Below are positions 35,867 through 44,521 of a DNA stretch of 44,521 nucleotides, in pieces. The DNA is from an uncultured Ardenticatenaceae bacterium. Its GTDB lineage: Bacteria; Chloroflexota; Anaerolineae; Promineifilales; Promineifilaceae. Within the stretch, counting starts at the first letter, position 1, and the number at the start of each line of letters is the position of its first letter. Location: assembly GCA_964432035.1 (NCBI GenBank), contig CAYSMQ010000002.1, positions 2,921-47,441 on the forward strand, given 5' to 3'. Under the pieces are notes generated by a model. It did no database searches. It had not been told where the DNA came from and worked only from the letters and a program-made list of their open reading frames with translations. The position numbers were made by a program, and so were the translations under genes.

Positions 35867-37837
35867 TTAGACCGGTAAGGCATAGAGATGGTGATCGACG
35901 GAGCCAATAAACAGGACCCCATTCTCGATGACGGGCGAAGAAATGACCATGTTTCCTGTGGCAAAGCGCCAGCGCAAGTTGCCTTTCTTACACGATACAC
36001 TATAAACGTTTCCATCGGTGGAACCAAAATAAACAGCATCATTCCACACGGCTGGCGAAGATGCGACCTGCCCTTCTGTCTTGTAGCTCCATACTTTGCG
36101 TCCGGAGCCTATTTCGATGGCATAGAGGTGCCCATCGGCCGATCCGATGAAGACGATTCCATCATGCGCGACCGGCGACGAAACGATGGGGCGGTTTGTA
36201 CGGAAACGCCAGACCGGCCATCCAGATGAGACATCCAACGCGTAGACCGTGTTATCTATGGAGCCCACAAACACCAGCCCTTCGTCCACGGCGGGGGTCG
36301 ATGTGACGGCGCGCCGCGCCTGGAACTGCCACTTGACCTCTCCTGCGAGATCGAGACAAAAGACGTAGCCGCCTTCGGTACCAAAAAAGACAAGATCATC
36401 TACGACGTGTGCTGAAGAACGCACCGGATGAAAGGCGTTTGTCTTCCATGATACACGGCCGCTGCTGGTGTTGACGGCGTACATGAAGGAGTCGTCGGAA
36501 CCGAAAAAGACGTGATCGAATGCGGCCCGCGGCGAGGAATAGATCGGCCCTTCGGCAGTGTAGCGCCAGTTTAGGCGGCCGGTGTTGGCATGTATGCTAT
36601 ATAGGTTGGCGTCTGCCGACCCGATAAAGATGGTATCCTTGTAGACGAACGGCGACGCTCCAATGCCGTCAGCAGCCGGATATTTCCAGCGTAGTGCGCC
36701 GTCGCGGCTGCTTAGTGCATAAAGATTGTTGTCATAAGCGCCGACAAAGACAGTGCCTCCGGCGACGGCCGGCGTCGACCGAATTTCGTCTTCGCACTTA
36801 AACTTCCAGATGGGGTTGATGTCTTGTGTCTGTGAGCCGGCTGCGCGGGTATCTCTGGTTGCCGGTTCCTGGCGCGTGGGAGCCGGTTGTTCCACGGCCG
36901 TTTCACCGTGCTCGCCTGTAGCCCTGGCGGCTTGTGGTTGCGCCGGATTCTCGAGCTTTTGCTGGACCTCCAGGAGGGCGCCCTTTAGCGCCTTGCCGTC
37001 CTTGTAACGTTCTGAAGCGTTGTACGAAACGCAACGCATAATCACCTGTTCGAATGCCGGTGAGATGTCGGGATTCACCGCGTGAATGGGACGCTCTTGG
37101 AATGAGAATGGGGGTTCCAACCGGGGATCCTGGTGCGTGAGCAGATGGTGCAGCGTGGCGCCAAAGCCGTAGACATCACCTGCCGGGCTGGCTTCGCCGC
37201 GGTACTGTTCGGGCGGCGCGTACCCTTCGGTGCCGATGGTCGTATTCTTCTCCTCTGACTGAAATAACTTCGCGATACCGAAATCAATAAGCCGGATGCG
37301 TCCATGAGGATCGAGCATCACATTGGACGGCTTCATATCACGAAACACGATGGGATCGGGGCGATGTTTGTGCAGATAGTTTAGCACGTCGCATATTTGC
37401 AGGGCCCAATCAAGGACCTCCTCTTGACCGAAAAAGTCGTTGTTTTCGGTCAGTAGCGATTCCAGATCTTTGCCGCGGATGAATTCCAAAACCAGATAGC
37501 TGCGGGCGCCTTCTGAGAAATAGTCATGGACGCTGACAACCGAAGGATGGTCCAAGGTTGCCAAGATGCTGGCTTCGCGTTCGAAGGTGCGCGTCGTAAT
37601 CTCCCGAATCTTAGGATCGGGAGCCATGTTCACCATTTCTTTGATGGCACACAGCTTGGTGACATTAGCAAACCGCATATCGCGCGCCTGGTAGACGGAA
37701 CTAAAGCCGCCAACGCCCAAAGTGCCGATGATCCGGTAGCGATCCTGTAGGATGTCGCCCGGCTGTAGCTGGCCCGAACGCCGGTTCCTCTTTTTTGCCT
37801 GTTCGCGTGAAAGTTGGCGTGTTGTTAATCCGCCCAT
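35867..37837 (-). CDS. Hanks-type Ser/Thr protein kinase fused to a PQQ-like beta-propeller, with no TM segment
   Basis: Kinase motifs GVGGFSSVY, CAIKEM, FRDMKPSNV, DFGIAK and GTEGYAPPE. The C-terminal ~320 aa carry repeated PQQ-type blades (G.V.VGS.D..LYA.....G...W). The linker is hydrophilic. Confidence 0.9.
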   Translation of the reverse strand: MGGLTTRQLSREQAKKRNRRSGQLQPGDILQDRYRIIGTLGVGGFSSVYQARDMRFANVTKLCAIKEMVNMAPDPKIREITTRTFEREASILATLDHPSVVSVHDYFSEGARSYLVLEFIRGKDLESLLTENNDFFGQEEVLDWALQICDVLNYLHKHRPDPIVFRDMKPSNVMLDPHGRIRLIDFGIAKLFQSEEKNTTIGTEGYAPPEQYRGEASPAGDVYGFGATLHHLLTHQDPRLEPPFSFQERPIHAVNPDISPAFEQVIMRCVSYNASERYKDGKALKGALLEVQQKLENPAQPQAARATGEHGETAVEQPAPTRQEPATRDTRAAGSQTQDINPIWKFKCEDEIRSTPAVAGGTVFVGAYDNNLYALSSRDGALRWKYPAADGIGASPFVYKDTIFIGSADANLYSIHANTGRLNWRYTAEGPIYSSPRAAFDHVFFGSDDSFMYAVNTSSGRVSWKTNAFHPVRSSAHVVDDLVFFGTEGGYVFCLDLAGEVKWQFQARRAVTSTPAVDEGLVFVGSIDNTVYALDVSSGWPVWRFRTNRPIVSSPVAHDGIVFIGSADGHLYAIEIGSGRKVWSYKTEGQVASSPAVWNDAVYFGSTDGNVYSVSCKKGNLRWRFATGNMVISSPVIENGVLFIGSVDHHLYALPV

Positions 37838-37975
37838 ACCTTCAACCTGCCTTTCCTGGTTTTAAGTCACAATTAGCGCTGCGGCGCTCGGTCTGGTATC
37901 TGCCGGGCCGAGAGTCGATGATGTAGCAGCCGATCGTGCCCGGCGCCTAATTATAGGTTCTTTGCCCTTATATAA

Positions 37976-38770
37976 TCAAACACCGCGGCCTTTCTGACCA
38001 TAGCGCGTAGGGACTATTGTCTGCTGCCAGAGGCGCTCTCCACCGGTGCGCGCCACCTGCGCCCGTATAGAGGCCTCCAGATCTGCATCATTATTGAACA
38101 GGCTGCTGAGCTGTGATGTGTATGCCCGTGTGGCAGCCAATCGTGCATTTAGCGCGGCGTGCGTCAAGGGGATCAGGTATGAGCGCCTCTCTGATGCGGG
38201 CTGTGTGCGGCGGGCCAGTTCTTGGGGATGGCGCTGCACATAAGGGTAATCTTCGTAGTAGAGTAGGGCCGTCTGCCAAACACGAGCGGCCGCAGCGTGA
38301 ACGAGCTGGTGGTCGACGTGGTTGCCAATTGCCAACGGGGCTACGACACGCGCTGCAGAAGGTAACGAGGTGAAAAACTGCGCAATTTCTTGGACCAGCC
38401 CATCTTCGCTGGAATGGACAGGGCCGAAAATGTCCTCATCCGACGTGTAAAGGGGCGCCTCACTTTCTGGGTGCAGGCGATATATGGCATCGGGCAAATG
38501 CCAGTGCATCGTCTCGGCGCCCAGTTGCGCGCAGGCGGCGCCATCCTCTGCGCGCCTCATGGCAACCCCTTCGCTTGCGGAAAAGCCCCAATTGTGATGT
38601 AAGAACTCGGCAAATTTCGAGCGTTTGGTCGTTTGTGGTTCTCCGGCGGCGATTGTGACGACGAGCGCCCGCTCGCCGCGTTGCGTTTGCAGAAAGATCT
38701 GTCCGCCACAGGACAAAGCGACATCGTCAAGGTGCGGCGAGAGATAGATGGCATCGTAATTTGCATCCAT
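37976..38770 (-). CDS. PIG-L/LmbE-family N-acetylglucosaminyl deacetylase
   Basis: N-terminal motif IYLSPHLDDVALSCGG and a downstream H.DH (GNHVDHQ) zinc-ligand context. Confidence 0.75.
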   Translation of the reverse strand: MDANYDAIYLSPHLDDVALSCGGQIFLQTQRGERALVVTIAAGEPQTTKRSKFAEFLHHNWGFSASEGVAMRRAEDGAACAQLGAETMHWHLPDAIYRLHPESEAPLYTSDEDIFGPVHSSEDGLVQEIAQFFTSLPSAARVVAPLAIGNHVDHQLVHAAAARVWQTALLYYEDYPYVQRHPQELARRTQPASERRSYLIPLTHAALNARLAATRAYTSQLSSLFNNDADLEASIRAQVARTGGERLWQQTIVPTRYGQKGRGV

Positions 38771-38814
38771 AGGCTGTGTGCTACTTTATCACTTTAACTT
38801 TATAATTGGAAATT

Positions 38815-39294
38815 ATGTCCGGTAAGCTGACACATCTTGACGAACAAGGTCGCGCCAGCATGGTAGATGTTGGCGACAAAGACATAACCAGGCGCGTGGC
38901 AGTCGCTCGCGGCGCCATCCATATGAAGCCCGAGACGTTACAACTCATTATTGAGGGAAACGTGAAGAAAGGGGATGTGATTACGATCGCTGAGCTGGCG
39001 GGCGTCATGGCTGCCAAGCGCACGGCCGATCTGATTCCGCTGTGCCATCCTCTGGCTCTAAACAAGATCGACGTGACTTGTAGCCCTAACCCAGACCAGA
39101 GCTGTGTCGATATCGAGGCTACGGTGCACGTTAGTGGTAAGACAGGCGTAGAAATGGAAGCCCTGACGGCTGTGAGCGTAGCCGGATTGACCATCTACGA
39201 CATGGCCAAAGCTGTCGATCGCTCTATGCGCCTGAGCGACGTGCGTCTTGTGTACAAAGAAGGCGGGCGTAGTGGCGTCTATGAGGCACAATGA
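38815..39294 (+). CDS. moaC: Cyclic pyranopterin monophosphate synthase
   Basis: [22 protein letters not shown]...A..AG...[11 protein letters not shown] and [17 protein letters not shown] motifs of MoaC. I prefer ATG 38815 over the listed TTG at 38806. Confidence 0.9.
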   Translation: MSGKLTHLDEQGRASMVDVGDKDITRRVAVARGAIHMKPETLQLIIEGNVKKGDVITIAELAGVMAAKRTADLIPLCHPLALNKIDVTCSPNPDQSCVDIEATVHVSGKTGVEMEALTAVSVAGLTIYDMAKAVDRSMRLSDVRLVYKEGGRSGVYEAQ

Positions 39295-39336
39295 GATAGA
39301 GTAAGTTCGCTCAATCCAATGTACCGTAATGTCAAT

Positions 39337-40068
39337 ATGGAACTTGAAATACGTCTATTCGCTTCGTTGAAGGATCGCGCCGGGGGGGAGCGCGTCTCGG
39401 TAGCGCTGGAGGAGCCGGCAACGGTGGCTCGTCTGACGGAGGCGCTCGCCGCCGACTATCCCGCGCTGGCGCCGGCGTTGCCTGCTGCACTGGTAGCGGT
39501 GAACCGCGATTTCGCTTTTCCTGACACACCAATTGAGGAAGGGGACGAGGTGGCCATATTTCCGCCTGTCAGCGGCGGCGCGTCCAACGACGAGACGTCA
39601 TATCCCACCCATTTTGAAGTTACGACTGATGAGCTTGACGTTCAGGCCATTACAGCGCGGCTGACGGAGCCGGAGGTGGGCGCGATCGTTTTCTTCCAGG
39701 GTGCTGTGCGGGGCGAAACGGACCGCACCGGTTTACCGGACCGCACTTTATACCTGGAGTATGAGGCCTACGAAGAGATGGCTCGGCAAAAGATGCACCA
39801 GATTGCACGAGAGATCTGGGAGCGCTGGCCTCTCGTGCGCGGCGTGGCCATCGTGCAGCGTATAGGGAAGTTGGACGTGGGCGATACCACGACGTTTGTA
39901 GCCTGCGCGGCGGGTCACCGCGACCAGGGCGCCTTCGAGGCTGCGCGCTATGGCATCGATCGCCTCAAGGAGATTGTGCCCATCTGGAAAAAAGAGGTGG
40001 GAGCCGATAAGAGTGTGTGGGTCGAAGGTGATTATCGGCCAACGGCCGCCGATCGCCAGGAAGCGTGA
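39337..40068 (+). CDS. MoaD-MoaE fusion (molybdopterin synthase sulfur-carrier plus catalytic subunit, MoaX-like)
   Basis: The N-terminal ~85 aa have a ubiquitin-like MoaD layout ending FPPVSGG. A short linker follows, then a MoaE-like domain (GAIVFFQGAVR...LEYEAYEEMA...PIWKKE). Confidence 0.8.
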   Translation: MELEIRLFASLKDRAGGERVSVALEEPATVARLTEALAADYPALAPALPAALVAVNRDFAFPDTPIEEGDEVAIFPPVSGGASNDETSYPTHFEVTTDELDVQAITARLTEPEVGAIVFFQGAVRGETDRTGLPDRTLYLEYEAYEEMARQKMHQIAREIWERWPLVRGVAIVQRIGKLDVGDTTTFVACAAGHRDQGAFEAARYGIDRLKEIVPIWKKEVGADKSVWVEGDYRPTAADRQEA

Positions 40069-40190
40069 TCGCGGACGGGTATCTGCGGTAATTTCACAAC
40101 TTTTGAGGCCCTGATGGTGTTTAATCATGATAGAGTGGCGCCGCCTGCCCGTAGCGGGTAGGGTGGTGTGTTGTGAGGAGAAGAAATGAT

Positions 40191-40406
40191 ATGAATCGTC
40201 GTCAAACCCTGCCAATGTTGCTTGCCATCATACTTAGCCTGCTTTCAGTAGCAGCCGCGCCACAACAAGCGGGAGAGACCTTTGAAATCTCCTGGTGGGT
40301 CTGGCTTGTTGTCATTAGTCTGTTCTTGCTTATTACATTTATAGTTTTCATTTCACTCGATTGGGGAGAAGCGGCTAGACGTGACGAAGACGACGACATT
40401 GTCTGA
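40191..40406 (+). CDS. Small secreted or membrane-anchored hypothetical protein
   Basis: ATG 40191 lies 9 nt after GAGGAG. Signal-like N-terminus, one additional TM helix, and an acidic tail. Confidence 0.4.
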   Translation: MNRRQTLPMLLAIILSLLSVAAAPQQAGETFEISWWVWLVVISLFLLITFIVFISLDWGEAARRDEDDDIV

Positions 40407-40442
40407 AGTGATCTACGACTACTGAATTGGGAGTAACGATAG

Positions 40443-41684
40443 ATGCAAAACAATACGCGGCGCGTTGTGGTAACGGGCACAGGCGCCATTACGCCTCTAG
40501 CCCACAATGTGGTTGACACCTGGGCTGCTATTTTGGCCGGAAAATCTGGTTTTGGTCCTTTTACCTTAATAGAGAAAGGCGAGCATAGTTCCGGCGGCTT
40601 GTGTGAAGTAAAGGATTTTGATGCAAGTGATTACTTGGATCGACGCAGCGCGCGGCGGCGTGACCGCTACCAGCAATTTGCTACCGTAGCCGCGGCTGAG
40701 GCATTCCGGCAGTCCGGGTTGGAGGTAAACGACGACAACCGCCAGCGGGTCGGCATCTTCATGGGTACCGGGGTGGGCGGCATCCAGACGCTTGTGGAGC
40801 AGGAAAACTTGCGGCTAGATAAGAGCGTGCGGCGCATGAGCCCTTTTGGCATCACCATGATTATGCCCAACGGCGCTGCGGGCATGCTGGCTATTGATTA
40901 TGGCATACACGGGCCAAGCACCACGATTACAACGGCATGCGCTGCCGGTTGTGATGCAATAGGGTACGCTTTCCGTGCAGTGCGACGTGGCGAATTAGAC
41001 GCCGTTTTAGCCGGCGGGTCTGAATCTATCATCACGCACGTTGCCGTGGGTGGGTTTGAGCAGGCAAAGGCCACCTCGTCGTTAGAGGAAAATACGCCGC
41101 GCCCCTTTGACCGGCGACGGGACGGACTGGTCGTCGGCGAGGGCGCCGCGGCGCTGATCCTGGAGAGCCTGGAGCATGCGAGAGCGCGCGGGGCCAATAT
41201 CCTGGGCGAGGTCGTCGGCTATGGACAGACGACGGACGCCTACCACATAACCGCGCCGGCGGAAGGGGGCGAAGGCGCTGCGCGCGCCATGAGCATGGCC
41301 TTGCGGGATGCGGAGCTCGAAGCGGCGGACGTCGACTATATTAGCGCCCACGGCACGGCGACCGATTTAAACGACAAGTATGAGACCATTGCGGTCAAGT
41401 CGGCCTTAGGCGAGGCTGCTTACGACGTCGCAATTAGCTCCACCAAATCGATGACGGGCCACATCATGGGCGCCACAGGCGCCATCGAAAGTGTCTTCTG
41501 TCTTCTGGCAATCCGCGACCAGGTATGCCCGCCTACGATAAACTATGAGGAACCGGATCCTGATTGTGATTTGGACTACGTACCGAACAGGCCCCAGGAG
41601 CGTCCCGTGCGCGTTGCCATGAATAACGCCTTTGGCTTTGGTGGACATAACGCTGTACTCGTCTTTAAAGCGTTCGAGGATTAA
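40443..41684 (+). CDS. fabF: 3-oxoacyl-ACP synthase II
   Basis: RVVVTGTGAITPL, active-site TACAAG (Cys), ISAHGTAT (His) and GHIMGATG (His), ending NAFGFGGHNAVLVF. Confidence 0.9.
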   Translation: MQNNTRRVVVTGTGAITPLAHNVVDTWAAILAGKSGFGPFTLIEKGEHSSGGLCEVKDFDASDYLDRRSARRRDRYQQFATVAAAEAFRQSGLEVNDDNRQRVGIFMGTGVGGIQTLVEQENLRLDKSVRRMSPFGITMIMPNGAAGMLAIDYGIHGPSTTITTACAAGCDAIGYAFRAVRRGELDAVLAGGSESIITHVAVGGFEQAKATSSLEENTPRPFDRRRDGLVVGEGAAALILESLEHARARGANILGEVVGYGQTTDAYHITAPAEGGEGAARAMSMALRDAELEAADVDYISAHGTATDLNDKYETIAVKSALGEAAYDVAISSTKSMTGHIMGATGAIESVFCLLAIRDQVCPPTINYEEPDPDCDLDYVPNRPQERPVRVAMNNAFGFGGHNAVLVFKAFED

Positions 41685-41699
41685 GCTACGTCGTCGCCG

Positions 41700-42416
41700 A
41701 TGGAAGATCTACTGGCTATGGAAGAGCGCTTGGGCGTGGAATTCACCGACTATGGTCTGTTGCGGCGCGCGCTGACGCACCGCTCTTACCTTAACGAAAA
41801 CCCCGGCACAGAACTAAAGGACAACGAGCGCCTTGAGTTCCTGGGCGACGCCGTCCTAGACTTCGTCGTGGGCGCTTATCTCTACCAGCGATTTCCGGAC
41901 ATGGACGAGGGCGGATTGACGGCGCTGCGCGCGGCGCTTGTGCGCACCAGAACGTTGGCCGACTTTGCACGGCAGTTGGGAATTGGCGAGTGTTTGTGGT
42001 TAGGCCTTGGCGAGGAAGAGAGCGGCGGACGCCAACGCCTGCCCACCCTCTGCGCGGCATTCGAAGCGGTCGTGGGCGCCATTTATCTGGATCAGGGGCT
42101 GGACGCGGTGCAGCCCCTGGTAGAACGCCTGGCTGCCCCCGCGCTTGAACGGATCATGGATGAATCTTTGCACAAGGATGCGAAGAGCGAGTTCCAGATC
42201 TGGGCGCAGGCCACTTTCAACATCACGCCTCACTACAAGGTGGTTTCGGAAGAAGGTCCCGACCATGACAAGACGTTCACGGTCGAGGCCTACGTGGGTC
42301 GTGAAGTGTGGGGCGTGGGTACAGGGCAGAGCAAACAGGGAGCAGCACAGGCAGCGGCAAACGTGGCTCTGGCGCGGGCGGGGGCCATGGAAGAACAGGA
42401 ACAGGGCGCAGATTAG
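41700..42416 (+). CDS. rnc: Ribonuclease III
   Basis: RNase III signature NERLEFLGDAVL, a later EAVVGAIYLD, and a C-terminal dsRBD (PHYKV..EEGPDHDKTF.VE...G...G.G.G.SK..A.Q.AA). Confidence 0.9.
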   Translation: MEDLLAMEERLGVEFTDYGLLRRALTHRSYLNENPGTELKDNERLEFLGDAVLDFVVGAYLYQRFPDMDEGGLTALRAALVRTRTLADFARQLGIGECLWLGLGEEESGGRQRLPTLCAAFEAVVGAIYLDQGLDAVQPLVERLAAPALERIMDESLHKDAKSEFQIWAQATFNITPHYKVVSEEGPDHDKTFTVEAYVGREVWGVGTGQSKQGAAQAAANVALARAGAMEEQEQGAD

Positions 42417-42437
42417 ACAGGGGCGACAGGAACGGTG

Positions 42438-43274
42438 ATGCGTCTGCTAATTACGGGCGGCAGCGGCTATTTGGGCCGTCACCTCGTGCCGCTGGCAGCC
42501 GAGAACGCGCGCGTACTGGTCCACACCTATTTCAGCAATGAGCCTCCTGACGTGCCTGGCGAGCGACGCCTTGACGTTCGCGACGGAGATGCTGTCATGG
42601 CGCTTGTGGATGCGTTTCAGCCCGACGCGATCATTCACGCCGCCGGTTCCAGCGGCAGGCCGGCGATGTCCGAAACGATCGAACTCGGCGCCGAGCATGT
42701 GACGGCGGCAGCAATGCGGGTGGGTGCGCGCCTTATTCACCTTTCTACCGACGTCGTTTTCGACGGCAAGCATGCTCCTTATCGGGAAGAGGACCGTCCG
42801 AATCCCATACATGATTATGGTCGCGCCAAGGCGCAGGCCGAAGGAATAGTGGCGCGCCATGCCAATCACGTCATTGTGCGCACGTCACTGATCTATGGCT
42901 TGCAGCAATTGGATCATGGTACGAGCTGGCTCGTGGACCGCCTAAGAAAAGGGCAGCCTGTGACCCTGTTCATGGACCAATTGAGAAATCCCATATGGGC
43001 TATCTCTTTGAGCAACGCCTGTCTGGAGCTGGCAGATCACGACTACCGCGGCATTCTGCACGTCGCCGGTAGCCAGGTGCTCAGTCGCGCCGAGTTCGGC
43101 CTGCGTATGCTTAATTGGTGGGATGTCGCCGAGCGCAGCACGCTTTCGTTCGGTCCGGGCGACGGCGAGCGGTGGCCCGCCGATTGCACACTAGATATTA
43201 GTCGTGCTCAAGCACTGTTGGAAACGCCGTTGCCGGGCGTCGACGAGGTGCTTAACGCGCACCGCACTGACTGA
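42438..43274 (+). CDS. RmlD-like NAD(P)-dependent reductase (dTDP-4-dehydrorhamnose reductase family / SDR)
   Basis: Rossmann motif LLITGGSGYLG, STDVVFDG, and catalytic YGRAK (YxxxK). Confidence 0.7.
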   Translation: MRLLITGGSGYLGRHLVPLAAENARVLVHTYFSNEPPDVPGERRLDVRDGDAVMALVDAFQPDAIIHAAGSSGRPAMSETIELGAEHVTAAAMRVGARLIHLSTDVVFDGKHAPYREEDRPNPIHDYGRAKAQAEGIVARHANHVIVRTSLIYGLQQLDHGTSWLVDRLRKGQPVTLFMDQLRNPIWAISLSNACLELADHDYRGILHVAGSQVLSRAEFGLRMLNWWDVAERSTLSFGPGDGERWPADCTLDISRAQALLETPLPGVDEVLNAHRTD

Positions 43275-43561
43275 GAGGGTAAAGCAACGCTCAGGGCGCC
43301 ACTTTTGCGGATTGACGCCATTTCCCTTACTTTGGTTTGCGTTTCGTAGGACAAAAGTACTAAATTGTTTGCGCTAATGGGATGGTGATGCTATGCTAAC
43401 TCCTTTTTTATATCGCCCCTGTAATCTTATGGTAGCCTTATTGGGTCGGTTGACTTTCAACCTTTAATTATGTTAGACTGCACTCTTGTGTTGGGCTGTG
43501 ATGGGCTCACCCTGCCGCTGTCCGACATTAAATAATTGTAAATTGAGGAAGAGGATATTAG

Positions 43562-44521
43562 ATGAGCGATCTGAGCAGTACATTTGATGAAATGGATATC
43601 GTCAATGCGCTCCTGAGCGATGCTGCAGAGCGTGGGTATCTTACCTACGATCAGATCCTTGAAGCCTTGCCCGAAATCGAGAATAACGTTGGTCTTTTAG
43701 ATGCGATCATGGAAGAAGCACAGGCCGTCGGTATCACGATTTACGAGACCGAGGAAGACGCCAAAGAACATCAAAGTGACGGCGAAGACGGGTTAGGTGA
43801 ATTCGAGGATGAGGAAGAGCCCCATCGGGCGCCGGTATTCGATTTGAGCAATGTTCCGATTGACGACTCTGTCGGCCTATATTTCCGAGAGATGGGTCAG
43901 CAAGACTTGCTGACGGCGGAAGAAGAGGTCCAGTTAGCCAAGGAGATCGAGGCCGGGCGCGAGGCGACGGAACAACTGAACAAAGCTGCGGATGATTATA
44001 CGCTGGACGAGCAGGATGAGCTGTGGCTCTTAAAAGAGCGTGGTGATGCTGCGCGCGCCCATCTCATTCGCGCCAATACACGTCTTGTGGTGAGTATTGC
44101 CAAGAAGTACCGTGGTCGTGGCCTGCAATTTCTGGATCTGATCCAGGAAGGAAACGTGGGTCTGATGAAAGCGGTTGAGAAATATGATTACCGCCGCGGA
44201 AACCGCTTTAGCACGTATGCAACGTGGTGGATTCGACAGGCCGTTACGCGCGCGCTGGCCAATCACGGACGGACGATTCGAATTCCCGCCCACCTCGGTG
44301 GTCGTATCAGCAAACTCTATCAGGTGGCGCAGGAGCTAGAGCAGCAGAACGGGCGCCAGCCAACGGCGGAAGAGATTGCCGAGGAAATGGATCTGCCTGC
44401 CGAACGAGTGCGCTGGATGTTGCGCACCAGCCGCCAGCCGGTACACCTGGAGCGGCCTGTTGGCGACGAGTCAGATGCCGAACTCGGCGACTTTATTGAA
44501 GACGTAGAAGCGCCGCCGCCG
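43562..44521 (+). CDS. rpoD: Primary RNA polymerase sigma factor, 3-prime partial (runs off the window)
   Basis: My own translation from ATG 43562 (RBS GAGGAAGAGG). Acidic region 1.1, region 1.2 VGLYFREMG, region 2 [57 protein letters not shown], and the start of region 3. The frame is open to the last base. Confidence 0.9.
   Translation, partial: MSDLSSTFDEMDIVNALLSDAAERGYLTYDQILEALPEIENNVGLLDAIMEEAQAVGITIYETEEDAKEHQSDGEDGLGEFEDEEEPHRAPVFDLSNVPIDDSVGLYFREMGQQDLLTAEEEVQLAKEIEAGREATEQLNKAADDYTLDEQDELWLLKERGDAARAHLIRANTRLVVSIAKKYRGRGLQFLDLIQEGNVGLMKAVEKYDYRRGNRFSTYATWWIRQAVTRALANHGRTIRIPAHLGGRISKLYQVAQELEQQNGRQPTAEEIAEEMDLPAERVRWMLRTSRQPVHLERPVGDESDAELGDFIEDVEAPPP

Noticed and set aside
43450-43478. 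TTGACT followed 17 bp later by TTAGAC, considered as an rpoD promoter.
   Set aside because: The -10 candidate matches the consensus at only 2 of 6 positions, and better-spaced alternatives fail on spacer length.
1-44521. Looked for tRNA or rRNA genes, transposases, integrases, phage genes, toxin-antitoxin pairs and restriction-modification genes.
   Set aside because: I found no T-loop-like GGTTCGAATCC motifs, no recombinase or DDE-type ORFs, and no small paired ORFs of toxin-antitoxin type. The window looks like core chromosome rather than a mobile or defence island.

Overview
Gene-dense, high-GC (roughly 58-60% by eye) bacterial chromosomal segment. I saw no rRNA or tRNA genes, CRISPR arrays, transposases or integrases. 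The T-box leader, PT-rich linkers and a Ser/Thr kinase with a PQQ propeller suggest a Chloroflexota-like organism; this is inference only.

Gene content, left to right:
- BMP-family ABC importer (binding protein, two permeases, double-NBD ATPase)
- Nudix-like protein, MFS transporter, hutI
- parvulin-type lipoprotein, PT-rich membrane protein, rsmI
- alpha/beta hydrolase with a coupled membrane protein, LCP-family protein
- a T-box(Thr) leader driving two tandem, diverged threonyl-tRNA synthetase genes that both lack the TGS domain
- histidine kinase, subtilase with a perfectly conserved GGYLWQ hexapeptide-repeat tail, 971-aa double-vWA membrane protein, GAF histidine kinase, AlbA_2/Schlafen-type ATP-binding regulator
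- standalone CBM48-like protein
- a rel (RSH) gene cut by one in-frame TAA
- a long co-directional minus-strand chain: Ser/Thr kinase-PQQ propeller, PP2C phosphatase, HPD-less J-like/vWA fusion, zinc-ribbon FHA protein, an 80-aa ORF and a KdpE-like response regulator, ending just upstream of rel
- PIG-L deacetylase, moaC, a moaD-moaE fusion, fabF, rnc, an RmlD-like reductase, and the 5-prime part of rpoD

The most unusual non-genic signal is a family of four intergenic palindromic elements between 10.1 and 18.6 kb. They are built from tandem 7-bp units (TGGAGAT/TAGAGAT and the complement ATCTCCA/ATCTCTA). They bracket each thrS gene and abut the rsmI start codon, and their arms look like stacked Shine-Dalgarno and anti-Shine-Dalgarno motifs.

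All protein calls rest on motifs I recognised by eye, not on database searches. Hand-indexed coordinates of non-CDS features may be off by 1-2 nt.
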